Positions 8,691 through 16,974 of a DNA stretch of 59,576 nucleotides are shown here, in pieces. Every line of letters begins with the position of its first letter. Within the stretch, counting starts at the first letter, position 1. Made by a program: the position numbers and the translations under genes. Source of the DNA: a virus; IMG/VR virus record IMGVR_UViG_3300045988_178550, positions 1-59,576 of that record; one strand, given 5' to 3'. The notes below the pieces were generated by a model. The model did not search any database. It saw only the letters and a program-made list of their open reading frames with translations, and was not told the origin of the DNA.

Positions 8691-10325
8691 TTAATTATCT
8701 TCTTTGTCTTCTTTATCTTTTCCTGTTACTTTCTGCTGTGTACCAGTACCAAAATTATCTCCTGTACCATTTTGCACCATGAACTGTTCTTGTTCTTCTT
8801 TTGTTTCCTTTTCAATTTGTGCCATTTCATCTTCAACATCATCAACATAAGGATGATTAGCAACCAAAGTCCTTTTACTAATAATGCCTACACTGTTTTT
8901 AAGGTTTTCAATTGTTTCGCTGTCATTAACCACAATATCATTGTTAAACACAACATTGATTTCTTTATCTTCATAATCTTTGCCAGTCCTTGCATATATA
9001 TCAGCTTTAATAAACCAAAGCAAATTATTAATAGCATCATTAAATTCATTTGCCATATCAGACATATCCAAGTCTAAGTCTAAAAACCTAAATTTGATTG
9101 CCTGACCAGAAGCATTCCCTAAATCAGTGCTTTGGGTATCAACACCATTGCCAAAATCAAATATATCTTTTCTTAATCTGGTTAAATGTGTTTCATAAGC
9201 AGCACTATTATCATCAGTTGCCATATTGCTTACTCCACCATCACCATCAACTAATACTGCTCTATATTTACGAACATTTTGAACAAATTCAGCTAAATCA
9301 GCACCGCTATAGTTTTGCACAATAGTAATATTTTTAGGAATGTCCTGCAATTGGTTACTTAAATCAGAAGTATTAATATCATAGTCATCTACCAATTGTT
9401 TAATATATTTAATCAACGGTAGTTCTTCATCATTATACTTAAAACAAATAAAGGGAATCCTACCCCAATTCAATTCCAACTTGTTTTCCTTCTCTGTTCC
9501 ATCATCAGCTTTTACCTTTTCTGTAGCAGTGATGTATGCTCTTGGATTTTGAATAGGATTGCCATTTTCATCCTCTTCTTCATAAGGTACTAAACCAGTG
9601 CCTTGCTCCTTATATTTCCAAATTCCTTCTTTAGTATAATACTCATATATAGTGATTGTTTCTGTCATTCCATTTTCATTATATTGTTTTATTAAATAAA
9701 CACGTAAAACAGCTTCCAATTCTGTATGCTCATTATCAGCCCAAAATGCTTTAATTTCTTCAGATGGAATACTTTTGAACTTCAACACACCATCTTTATC
9801 ATAATATACTTGCAACCAGCTTTTCCCTTTATTAATTGATTCCTTGCCCCTACTTTTGATAATTTTTCTGAATGCTTTAGTAAAATATTCATCATTTAAT
9901 ATAGTTTCAAATTCAGAATCATTGTCATCACTTTTAATAGTAAACGGATTACCTAATAAATAATTTACTTTTTGCTTTACTAACTTAGTAACAAAAGGAT
10001 GGGAAAGTTTAGCATTAGATAATTTTTCATCTTCATCCATAATACCAAATTCATTAACACTTGTTCTAATACGCTCATTAATTTCATTTTCATTGTTGAA
10101 ATATGCCTCTCCAACAAGCATATTCTCCCTTTCCTTGCTATTAACAAATTCATGCCAAACACTATACAAAAAATCTTCCTGAGGTTTTCCATAAGTACTT
10201 AACCTTTGAATTCGTATTTCATCAAATGTAGGAATTTCATTGGCCTTTAAATACTTAGGAATCATCCTTGCTCCAGCCTTCATCATACTAATTAAGTTTT
10301 CTATACTAAACTTTTCTAATGCCAT
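8691..10325 (-). CDS. portal protein (SPP1 gp6-like)
   Basis: About 544 aa directly after terL and before the MuF gene. Start set at ATG 10325 (GGGAG SD, 2 nt after the upstream stop); the ORF track extends to 10352. Confidence 0.85.
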   Translation of the reverse strand: MALEKFSIENLISMMKAGARMIPKYLKANEIPTFDEIRIQRLSTYGKPQEDFLYSVWHEFVNSKERENMLVGEAYFNNENEINERIRTSVNEFGIMDEDEKLSNAKLSHPFVTKLVKQKVNYLLGNPFTIKSDDNDSEFETILNDEYFTKAFRKIIKSRGKESINKGKSWLQVYYDKDGVLKFKSIPSEEIKAFWADNEHTELEAVLRVYLIKQYNENGMTETITIYEYYTKEGIWKYKEQGTGLVPYEEEDENGNPIQNPRAYITATEKVKADDGTEKENKLELNWGRIPFICFKYNDEELPLIKYIKQLVDDYDINTSDLSNQLQDIPKNITIVQNYSGADLAEFVQNVRKYRAVLVDGDGGVSNMATDDNSAAYETHLTRLRKDIFDFGNGVDTQSTDLGNASGQAIKFRFLDLDLDMSDMANEFNDAINNLLWFIKADIYARTGKDYEDKEINVVFNNDIVVNDSETIENLKNSVGIISKRTLVANHPYVDDVEDEMAQIEKETKEEQEQFMVQNGTGDNFGTGTQQKVTGKDKEDKEDN

Positions 10326-10327
10326 AA

Positions 10328-10558
10328 TTAATAACTCCCTTCCTGCATCCATTCAACAATATATTTCTTACAATTATTAAAATTTTTAACATCAATATTA
10401 CTTTCGCTTTTGTTTTCACAATACTTTTTTGCTGGACAAACCTCACAACCCATAAGCATTATCAGCCTTGCCATTTTTCTTGCTTTACGTTCATATATTT
10501 CAATTTTATGTATTTGATTATATTTATGCCGTAGCTTTTGTTCTTCAGTTTTTGCCAT
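10328..10558 (-). CDS. hypothetical small Cys-containing protein
   Basis: 76-aa ORF between terL and portal; CEVCPAKKYC...C pattern. Confidence 0.5.
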   Translation of the reverse strand: MAKTEEQKLRHKYNQIHKIEIYERKARKMARLIMLMGCEVCPAKKYCENKSESNIDVKNFNNCKKYIVEWMQEGSY

Positions 10559-11880
10559 TATACTCTCACCACTCTCATACCAGTTAATGTATCTACTTTA
10601 GGGTCATTCCATCTGAATGTTGCTTTACTAATATCATCAGTTGCATATCTTAAAGCATCCATTAAATGGTTAAAATCATCTATTGGTTTATTTACCATTT
10701 CTCCTGTTTTTATATCTTCAGCCCAAACATAATTTTCTATCTCAAAAGCAGCATTCTCACAACGAGGATGAATTATTATTTTGTAGTCCTGCAATTTTTG
10801 GATTCCTGATTCTATAGTGCCTTTTACTGCACCTCTAATTCTCCTTAATCCTAAAGCCTTTAATTCATCAATAGTTCTTGGTTCTGCGGAATCTGCTTTA
10901 ATTATCTCATTACCAAAACCTTTGTATTGTATCATATTCACAATTTGCTTATTCGACATTTTAGTCTTATAATATTCATCAAATATGTAGATTTCTAATT
11001 TCTTAGTATCTACTAAACAAGCAATAAAAGCAGTAGGGTCAACAGTATAACCAAAGTCCAAACCTAATCGTAGTTTGAATCTCCTGTGTTCCTTTTTAAC
11101 ATCAATATATTGGTCCCATAATGCTTTCCAATCAAATTCCCTTATTTCATAATTTTCATATACTTGGCCTGTAGCGATGCCCCATTCTCCAAGTCCTTCT
11201 ATGCTATATCGTTTAGGATTATCTTTTTTCATCCTTTCAAATATAGCAATATCATCTTCTCCTAAAAACTCATTACATAAATAATTAGTGGTTAATGCTA
11301 ATATATTCGGATCAGGAACAGCATCAAAAAATCTCCTTTTAATCCAACTTTTACTACTCCATGGATTGAATGTTAAAGTATGCTGTTTAAACAAAGGATA
11401 GGGCATATCACCACGTATGCTCAAATCTACTTTATTAAAAGCTTCCTCTGATTGAACCTGATAAGCTTCTTCCCACCAAACCCAACATAATTGACCATCA
11501 GCACTAGTAATAGAAGTTATACTATCAGGGTCATCCATACCTCTAAAAATAATACGTTGCCCACTTGGAAGGAATTCTAATTCTAATGGGCTATTTTTAA
11601 CTTTCCATAAATGGGATATCTGCAATTTATTTATAGCCCATCTTAACTGAGCAAATGTACTTTCCTTTTGAATGCTATAATGCTTTCTTATTACCAGAGT
11701 ATTCGGCTTCAATCCATATTGTACAAAATACTTCATCATGTTGTAAATAATCCAGATGCTAGTATCACAACTTTTCTTGCTTCCTCGTCCACCTTTTACT
11801 ACTCTGTACCTACCTTTAAAATTCCAGAATTCCTTATACCCTTTTCCTATTAATTCGCCCATTTTGATTACATTCTGCAT
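10558..11880 (-). CDS. terL: terminase large subunit, PBSX (XtmB) family
   Basis: VVKGGRGSKKS Walker A typical of PBSX-family TerL, with a C-terminal nuclease region. Start placed at ATG 11880 (GAGGG SD); an upstream ATG at 11919 has no SD. Confidence 0.9.
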   Translation of the reverse strand: MQNVIKMGELIGKGYKEFWNFKGRYRVVKGGRGSKKSCDTSIWIIYNMMKYFVQYGLKPNTLVIRKHYSIQKESTFAQLRWAINKLQISHLWKVKNSPLELEFLPSGQRIIFRGMDDPDSITSITSADGQLCWVWWEEAYQVQSEEAFNKVDLSIRGDMPYPLFKQHTLTFNPWSSKSWIKRRFFDAVPDPNILALTTNYLCNEFLGEDDIAIFERMKKDNPKRYSIEGLGEWGIATGQVYENYEIREFDWKALWDQYIDVKKEHRRFKLRLGLDFGYTVDPTAFIACLVDTKKLEIYIFDEYYKTKMSNKQIVNMIQYKGFGNEIIKADSAEPRTIDELKALGLRRIRGAVKGTIESGIQKLQDYKIIIHPRCENAAFEIENYVWAEDIKTGEMVNKPIDDFNHLMDALRYATDDISKATFRWNDPKVDTLTGMRVVRV

Positions 11881-11925
11881 TACTTTGCCCTCTATCCATT
11901 GAATATTATATATTAACATATAAGC

Positions 11926-11990
11926 AATTTTAGCTTAGGTTATGAAGGAATTATATTTTAGTTATATTCCCACTTTCCTAAGCTAAAATT
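11926..11990. promoter_or_regulatory. perfect 14-bp inverted repeat (hairpin) just upstream of terL
   Basis: AATTTTAGCTTAGG (11926-11939) and CCTAAGCTAAAATT (11977-11990), with an inner GGAAT(T)ATA/TATATTCC stem. Confidence 0.6.
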
Positions 11991-12006
11991 AATATTTTCC
12001 TTTGCA

Positions 12007-12189
12007 CTATTTCATATGTTTTACTAATTCAACAACAGTATGATTTGCATCTTCTATAAAGCGATCCGCACTCTCTTTCTTTTCTAATTCTACCCACTCG
12101 GCAACGGCAAAATCACCATCGCCAGGTACTACTATCAGTGCATCTTGAGGTATTTCCTTGAGCTTTTCTATTAGTTCTTTTACTAACAT
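12007..12189 (-). CDS. hypothetical protein
   Basis: 60-aa ORF abutting the next gene. Confidence 0.45.
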   Translation of the reverse strand: MLVKELIEKLKEIPQDALIVVPGDGDFAVAEWVELEKKESADRFIEDANHTVVELVKHMK

Positions 12190-12489
12190 TTAATCACTCT
12201 CCAAGACAGGCTCATAAGTTTCAAGGAAGATATCTTCTTTACAGCAGTAAATTTCTCCACGTACTCCTTGTATAACATAACTTCCGACTGGCACATGCAT
12301 CGTACCTTCAAGAGTTCTAATAAACAATTCAATAGGTGGAGTATCTGGAGTTAAGGCATCAAAGTACAAAATTCCTTCTTCAAATGCTTTTACCGCCCAC
12401 TCTGGCACATAATATTTGCCATCACTTCCTTTTAAATCACCATCAAATTGAAATGCTTCTACAGATACTGGTTTCTTTTTATATTTCAT
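12190..12489 (-). CDS. conserved phage protein of unknown function
   Basis: 99 aa; KKPVSVEAFQF...IRTLEGTMHVPVGSYVIQGVRGEIYCCKEDIFLETYEPV pattern recurs in many phages. Confidence 0.55.
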   Translation of the reverse strand: MKYKKKPVSVEAFQFDGDLKGSDGKYYVPEWAVKAFEEGILYFDALTPDTPPIELFIRTLEGTMHVPVGSYVIQGVRGEIYCCKEDIFLETYEPVLESD

Positions 12490-12508
12490 TTTTAAGCACT
12501 CTCCAATA

Positions 12509-12667
12509 TTATTTACTACACCACACCACGCTTGCTGCCCATGTTACGCCTATAACAAGATCAACTGGTCGTGTTGTTACATAGCCGTCTATAGCTCTTT
12601 CTACAGCCTTCCAATATCCCTCTATCAAGGTTAGGGCTACTAAAAACATTAGCGTTCGCTTTAGCAT
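12509..12667 (-). CDS. small ORF, possible displaced C-terminal piece of a DUF1492/RinA-like regulator
   Basis: 52 codons with a GAGG SD; LIEGYWKAVERAIDGY weakly resembles the region-4 HTH start; same frame as the 13027 mini-ORF. Confidence 0.3.
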   Translation of the reverse strand: MLKRTLMFLVALTLIEGYWKAVERAIDGYVTTRPVDLVIGVTWAASVVWCSK

Positions 12668-12688
12668 GTTCGTACCTCAATTAAATAT

Positions 12689-12710
12689 GCCGCTGTATCA
12701 CCCCAACGGC
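12689..12710 (-). terminator. GC-rich hairpin (possible terminator/attenuator)
   Basis: Minus strand GCCGTTG-GGGTGATA-CAGCGGC (7-bp stem incl. one G-U) followed by ATATTTAATT; sits in a locally GC-rich stretch. Confidence 0.35.
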
Positions 12711-12729
12711 AGGGCTGGCAGTTGCCGGA

Positions 12730-12933
12730 TTACCCAAACAACACACGCACCTTTAAGCGTGGATAGGTGTTCCCCCCCATTCGCATTTTTTTATATGCTT
12801 CAGTTCTTTCAACAATGTAATTTTCCATGTCTGCGATATCAGCAACAACTTGAGCAATCTTATCTTGTGTTCCACCATGTACAGGGCCCATAGATAATGC
12901 TGATGTTATTTTTAGCGATTTAGCTTTTAACAT
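12730..12933 (-). CDS. DUF1492/RinA-like late regulator fragment (N-terminal half only)
   Basis: LKAKSLKITSALSMGPVHGGTQDKIAQVVADIADMENYI matches the N-terminal half of DUF1492-type sigma-like activators; the ORF stops before the expected HTH; contains a G7 run (12772-12778). Confidence 0.4.
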   Translation of the reverse strand: MLKAKSLKITSALSMGPVHGGTQDKIAQVVADIADMENYIVERTEAYKKMRMGGNTYPRLKVRVLFG

Positions 12934-13040
12934 TATGATTATCAAGGTATTTATATGCCCTTTCTAATCGTCTTATTCCAGCATTTATTTGAAGTATTGC
13001 TTGCTTTATTGCTGTTCTTTCTTCCATTTGTTTCCCACCT

Positions 13041-13244
13041 TTAATAGGGAAGTAACCCATTTTCCCTTAACATTGTGAAGTATTTATCACGTTCATTTTT
13101 AACTTCACTGTTATATTCAATTTCTTCTAATAATTCAAGAACATCATTTGCTTTAATGCTGATATAACCATTAGTATAAGATTTGAATTTTAATCCTGTT
13201 AAAGCTTGTTCTTTTATTTCATTTTTCTTATATTTGCTTAACAT
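13041..13244 (-). CDS. hypothetical protein
   Basis: 67-aa ORF; ATGTTAA overlap with the upstream small ORF. Confidence 0.5.
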   Translation of the reverse strand: MLSKYKKNEIKEQALTGLKFKSYTNGYISIKANDVLELLEEIEYNSEVKNERDKYFTMLRENGLLPY

Positions 13245-13345
13245 TTGTTTATTTTCTCCATATTTTTAATAAATCTAAAATATGCCATCAAATCATATAA
13301 CCTTTTCTCGTTATCGATTTTTACTTCAATAACACAATCACGCAT
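13238..13345 (-). CDS. small ORF below the track threshold
   Basis: Own translation: MRDCVIEVKIDNEKRLYDLMAYFRFIKNMEKINKC. Its stop overlaps the next ATG; the frame is open further upstream without an ATG. Confidence 0.3.
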   Translation of the reverse strand: MRDCVIEVKIDNEKRLYDLMAYFRFIKNMEKINKC

Positions 13346-13444
13346 AGAATAATTGAATTTGATGTGATATTCAAATGTGATTTTGTTGGAAATATTTTTG
13401 AATTTATTTTCAAGCTTTTAAATCCATTCCTTTTGTTAACATGT

Positions 13445-13834
13445 TCATCCCTCCGTTGCAGGTTTTGCTTTAAAACCAGACAATACTTTTACTTGAGGCT
13501 TATTTTCTACCCTTTTAAGTACAGACCCATCACATCTAAATTCCCCAATAGGAATTTCTTTAGCTGCTTTACCGCCAAAATCATTAATATTCCCAGCTCC
13601 TGGCATAACATCAGGTAAATCAGCAGGAACCAATTTTACATTAGCTTCAGAATTTGCATTTTGAATTTCAGCAGCTACAAATTCTAACAAATTAGAAATA
13701 CGTTGTTGAATATTTCGCATTTGCTCTAAATTATCTTGCAATGTTTTGACCATTTTCTCTGTTTCATGAATCAAATTTGCATCTTCATAATACAAACTTT
13801 TTAACAAATCGAAACGTTTTAACTTATTCAACAT
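13445..13834 (-). CDS. hypothetical protein
   Basis: Start set at ATG 13834 (MLNKLKRF...), overlapping the upstream stop by 11 nt. Confidence 0.5.
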   Translation of the reverse strand: MLNKLKRFDLLKSLYYEDANLIHETEKMVKTLQDNLEQMRNIQQRISNLLEFVAAEIQNANSEANVKLVPADLPDVMPGAGNINDFGGKAAKEIPIGEFRCDGSVLKRVENKPQVKVLSGFKAKPATEG

Positions 13835-14108
13835 CTTCGGCACCACCATTCTTAGTACTTTCAACAGCATTTTCATCAGTATCACACCTTAATTCTCTGA
13901 AATATAAACCAGCATCATTAGACGTAATAACTAACATCACATTATTATCACCGTCATAATACTTTTTCATAAATTTCAGTGCCTTATTTCGTAATTTGTT
14001 AAACCTTTTTTGTTTTTTCAGTTTAAATTTTTCAAATTTTTCATCAATTTGAATATCAACTAATTGGGAATTTACAGTTGGAATTAGTTTTTTCCTTTTT
14101 GTTGGCAT
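13824..14108 (-). CDS. hypothetical basic protein
   Basis: 94-aa K-rich ORF. Confidence 0.5.
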   Translation of the reverse strand: MPTKRKKLIPTVNSQLVDIQIDEKFEKFKLKKQKRFNKLRNKALKFMKKYYDGDNNVMLVITSNDAGLYFRELRCDTDENAVESTKNGGAEDVE

Positions 14109-14299
14109 TATTTTTCATCCTCCTCTACAACACCAAATAAAACAGGAATAATGCTTTTAACATTTTTAAGCAAATTTTGCTTTTGATAAAAGTTTTCCAA
14201 TGCTGTTTTATTTTTAGCAACCATAAAACCAACAGTACCAGAATTAAATTCAACTTTAAACAAATTGCGTTCATATTTAAAAGCATTAACCTTTTCCAT
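14108..14299 (-). CDS. hypothetical protein
   Basis: 63-aa ORF, start/stop coupled on both sides. Confidence 0.5.
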   Translation of the reverse strand: MEKVNAFKYERNLFKVEFNSGTVGFMVAKNKTALENFYQKQNLLKNVKSIIPVLFGVVEEDEK

Positions 14300-14934
14300 T
14301 ATTTGATATCTCCTTCATAGAAATTGATGTTTAATTCACTACCAACATCATTTTTATCAGCATACTTTTCAAGCCATGGATTTTCACCAATAATATCTTG
14401 AATCTTTTCAATTGCTTGTAAATTCCCTTGCATTGCACGTTTAAATAACATTAACATCATTAAAAATGTATTATTTAATTTTTTAGTCTTATTGGAAATA
14501 ATACCATATTGTACTGCCATTTTATGTTGTTCAGCAGTAAGTGTTGCATTACAACTGAGGATAGTAGCCAATACTTCTTTTAATTTTGTATTCCTTTTTC
14601 TAGCTTCCTGAGCAGCATAAGCTCCTTTTCTTCTGATAGCTTTAGCTTCTTCAGGGTCCCTATCTTGCAACATAACCAATCCAGGGTACCTTTTACGAGT
14701 ATATTCAATAGATTCTTCTGTTGCTTTATAGTGATGTCCGCTTTTATATGGTTTATTATTTTCAAAATTTTTATATTTTTGGCTATTAACAATTTCTGCT
14801 TCATCAAAACTATTATCAATAGCCATCATTTCATTTTTCATTTTATTCTTAACAGCAAAACTGTTAATTTTTGGTTTCCTTTTAATATTCATTCTAATTC
14901 CTCTGCTATTAGTTCTAATATTATTTCTAATCAT
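14299..14934 (-). CDS. possible terminase small subunit / DNA-binding protein
   Basis: 211 aa; C-terminal LFKRAMQGNLQAIEKIQDIIGENP resembles the conserved TerS motif (..AlxGDvxAxxxxxdxxGekP); first gene after a 425-bp AT-rich gap. Confidence 0.35.
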   Translation of the reverse strand: MIRNNIRTNSRGIRMNIKRKPKINSFAVKNKMKNEMMAIDNSFDEAEIVNSQKYKNFENNKPYKSGHHYKATEESIEYTRKRYPGLVMLQDRDPEEAKAIRRKGAYAAQEARKRNTKLKEVLATILSCNATLTAEQHKMAVQYGIISNKTKKLNNTFLMMLMLFKRAMQGNLQAIEKIQDIIGENPWLEKYADKNDVGSELNINFYEGDIK

Positions 14935-15004
14935 TTGTTATACTCCTTTGTTGAAATTAAAATTAAAACAAATAGCATTTATTGTTAGGATATAGGGAAA
15001 GGTG

Positions 15005-15105
15005 AGGATATAATATAAATATTATAATATAATAATATTATATAAATATAATATATATACTACTATATACATATATCATATCCTGGCCTATATATATTAT
15101 ATCAC
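15005..15105. repeat. TA-rich low-complexity tract
   Basis: Runs of ATATAAT/TATATTA variants (ataatataaatattataatataataatattatataaatataatatatata...). Confidence 0.6.
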
Positions 15106-15270
15106 ATATTGTCGAAAAAGTATATTGTAAATATAATAAAAATTGCAAAAAATTTCTGTAACATTTGTAAAATATTTGTTACAATTTTGTAATATTTTCT
15201 GCCATCATTATTATGTACATTATTCATATAATTGCTATACAAAATACATGCCCTTCTGATGAACAGAAAT

Positions 15271-15344
15271 ATACCCCAGAGTTTAGTTTATATACCTACT
15301 AATAATTTTATATATGTAATAGGCTTAAATTAAATCTGGGGTAT
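15271..15344 (-). terminator. long hairpin after gene 15361..15855
   Basis: ATACCCCAGA (15271-15280) pairs with TCTGGGGTAT (15335-15344); AT-rich partly paired loop; followed on the minus strand by ATTTCTGTT. Confidence 0.45.
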
Positions 15345-15360
15345 TCTAGTTAATATTTAA

Positions 15361-15855
15361 TTATTTAGATTCAGGAGGTAAAAGGTTGTTAGATAATTTA
15401 TCAAGGATGCTGATATTCTTCTCAGTATTTTTGATGCTACGGATTGCGGAATTAAGTTCATCAAGTGCAACTACTAATTCTCTGAAGGTGTCTTTATCTA
15501 CTTTAGCTTCATTTTTTACAATCATTTCAAGGTTATTTAAAATGCAAGTTATAGTATTTTCTTTTACAGCATTGAATAAATGCAAATCAGTGGAAAATGC
15601 TTCTTTCATCTGACGGATAGCCATATTATATCCTTCATAATAATCCTTTGATTTTGCAGGGACGGCTTTTAAATCATTTTCAGAATTTTTAGCTGCTTTT
15701 TTAGATTCTGCATAATCACTTACATCTTTCATTAATTTCATGAATATATCACTTGCAGTTTTAAAAGGGTCATTAGCTTCAATATTTGCTTTAGAATATT
15801 TTTCATTCAATAATTTTACAAATTTTACAAATTCATCTGCTGTAATTTTTTCCAT
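15361..15855 (-). CDS. hypothetical protein
   Basis: 164-aa helical-looking ORF. Confidence 0.55.
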   Translation of the reverse strand: MEKITADEFVKFVKLLNEKYSKANIEANDPFKTASDIFMKLMKDVSDYAESKKAAKNSENDLKAVPAKSKDYYEGYNMAIRQMKEAFSTDLHLFNAVKENTITCILNNLEMIVKNEAKVDKDTFRELVVALDELNSAIRSIKNTEKNISILDKLSNNLLPPESK

Positions 15856-15890
15856 TTTGTTTTAGCTCCTTTTTGATTATTCCTTTATTT

Positions 15891-16145
15891 TTATTTTACT
15901 GGCATATCTGGCGTTAATGTAGGAAAATCATTAGTGTTATTTTTACTAACATCCTTTTCAAATACTACATTTTCTTTTTGTTTTAATAGTTGTTGGAATG
16001 TAGGACAATTTTCATCATTGCAAGGGACTAAATGGCCCTTAATTTCACTATTAGTTCCAACTTTAATATTTTCATAATGGCAAGCATAAGTAATATTTAT
16101 GCTATTAAAAATAAAAGCGACTACTAAACAAATTACTTTTAGCAT
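15891..16145 (-). CDS. small secreted/membrane-anchored protein
   Basis: Start at ATG 16145 (AAAGGAGGTGATAAA SD); N-terminal hydrophobic signal MLKVICLVVAFIF. Confidence 0.5.
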   Translation of the reverse strand: MLKVICLVVAFIFNSINITYACHYENIKVGTNSEIKGHLVPCNDENCPTFQQLLKQKENVVFEKDVSKNNTNDFPTLTPDMPVK

Positions 16146-16175
16146 TTTATCACCTCCTTTCAAATAGTATATATT

Positions 16176-16520
16176 TTAATGTCTTAAAGCTGGGTAATAA
16201 ATACCTTTGGTAATAACTAATGCTGCTTTTAAAGGGGGTAAATATCTGAATTCTGAATTATCTGCAAACCGTCTGATGATATCAAACAATTTACGTTCAA
16301 TTACATTCATTTCAATTTTATTGATATACATGTGGTTAACTTTATCAGCTTTCATAATCAAATCCTGAAGTTTATCATGTACATCATCAAATCTTGCTTT
16401 AGCTTTAGAATTATTGCTAATAGGACCAGATAATTTTAAATTGAATAAAACTGCTGCAATGTTTCCATTACCTTCCATGAATTCTAAATATGCTTTGTTT
16501 AACATTTTATTTTCCTCCAA
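16176..16520 (-). CDS. hypothetical protein
   Basis: 114-aa ORF downstream of the promoter at 16558-16586. Confidence 0.55.
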   Translation of the reverse strand: MEENKMLNKAYLEFMEGNGNIAAVLFNLKLSGPISNNSKAKARFDDVHDKLQDLIMKADKVNHMYINKIEMNVIERKLFDIIRRFADNSEFRYLPPLKAALVITKGIYYPALRH

Positions 16521-16557
16521 TTTATCGGAATATATGCTATTCCCTTTATTTGATTAT

Positions 16558-16586
16558 ATTATATCATAGTGCTATAGTATTGTAAA
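16558..16586 (-). promoter_or_regulatory. sigma70-type promoter (TTTACA-N17-TGATATAAT)
   Basis: Minus strand -35 at 16586-16581, -10 at 16563-16558, extended TG. Confidence 0.6.
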
Positions 16587-16616
16587 TAGGAAAATCAACA
16601 AAAATACAATAAAAAT

Positions 16617-16633
16617 GGGAGTATTTCACTCCC
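16617..16633 (-). terminator. rho-independent terminator
   Basis: GGGAGT-GAAAT-ACTCCC followed by ATTTTTATTG on the minus strand, 16 nt after the stop at 16649. Confidence 0.65.
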
Positions 16634-16648
16634 TAGTATGTGAATATG

Positions 16649-16885
16649 CTATTCTGTGTAATTTTTGTGTTGGAATTTCAAACATCGTTTTATTGTTTGT
16701 TTTACTTTTGCATATCGTTCAAAAGCATAAACATTTGCTTCCTTTCCTTCTTCTAAATATGCTTTGGCTTTAGCTACTTCTTCTTTATAACTTTTATAAG
16801 CTTCACAACTTCCATGGCAACCAATATACCTATCAGTGCAACCTTTACATTTACATTTAATGCGATTATTAATATTCAAATCCAT
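16649..16885 (-). CDS. Cys-rich zinc-finger-like protein
   Basis: CKCKGCTDRYIGCHGSCEAY; start set at ATG 16885 (AGGAG SD). Confidence 0.5.
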   Translation of the reverse strand: MDLNINNRIKCKCKGCTDRYIGCHGSCEAYKSYKEEVAKAKAYLEEGKEANVYAFERYAKVKQTIKRCLKFQHKNYTE

Positions 16886-16974
16886 AAATACCGCTCCTAT
16901 AAATATAGGCCACATGTATCAGAATGCCCTCAGGGATTACTAATATATATGACCTATGGAATTATATTATTTTA

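Noticed and set aside
9980-10192. Same-strand internal ORFs in alternative frames (9980-10192, 14580-14819, 24084-24302, 29243-29503, 39429-39683, 42556-42771, 48096-48434, 48782-49129)
   Set aside because: All are nested inside longer ORFs that carry recognisable motifs (portal, AAA+, RecA, amidase, fibres). None has a start context of its own.
12772-12778. G7/C7 run in the regulator fragment as a phase-variation switch
   Set aside because: Adding or removing one G only lengthens or shortens the ORF by a few codons (next stops at 12 to 26 codons) and never joins it to the downstream piece. It is noted as part of the GC-rich oddity only.
15005-15105. CRISPR-like or tandem-repeat array in the TA-rich tract
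   Set aside because: There is no fixed-length repeat/spacer periodicity. It is TA low complexity without unique spacers.
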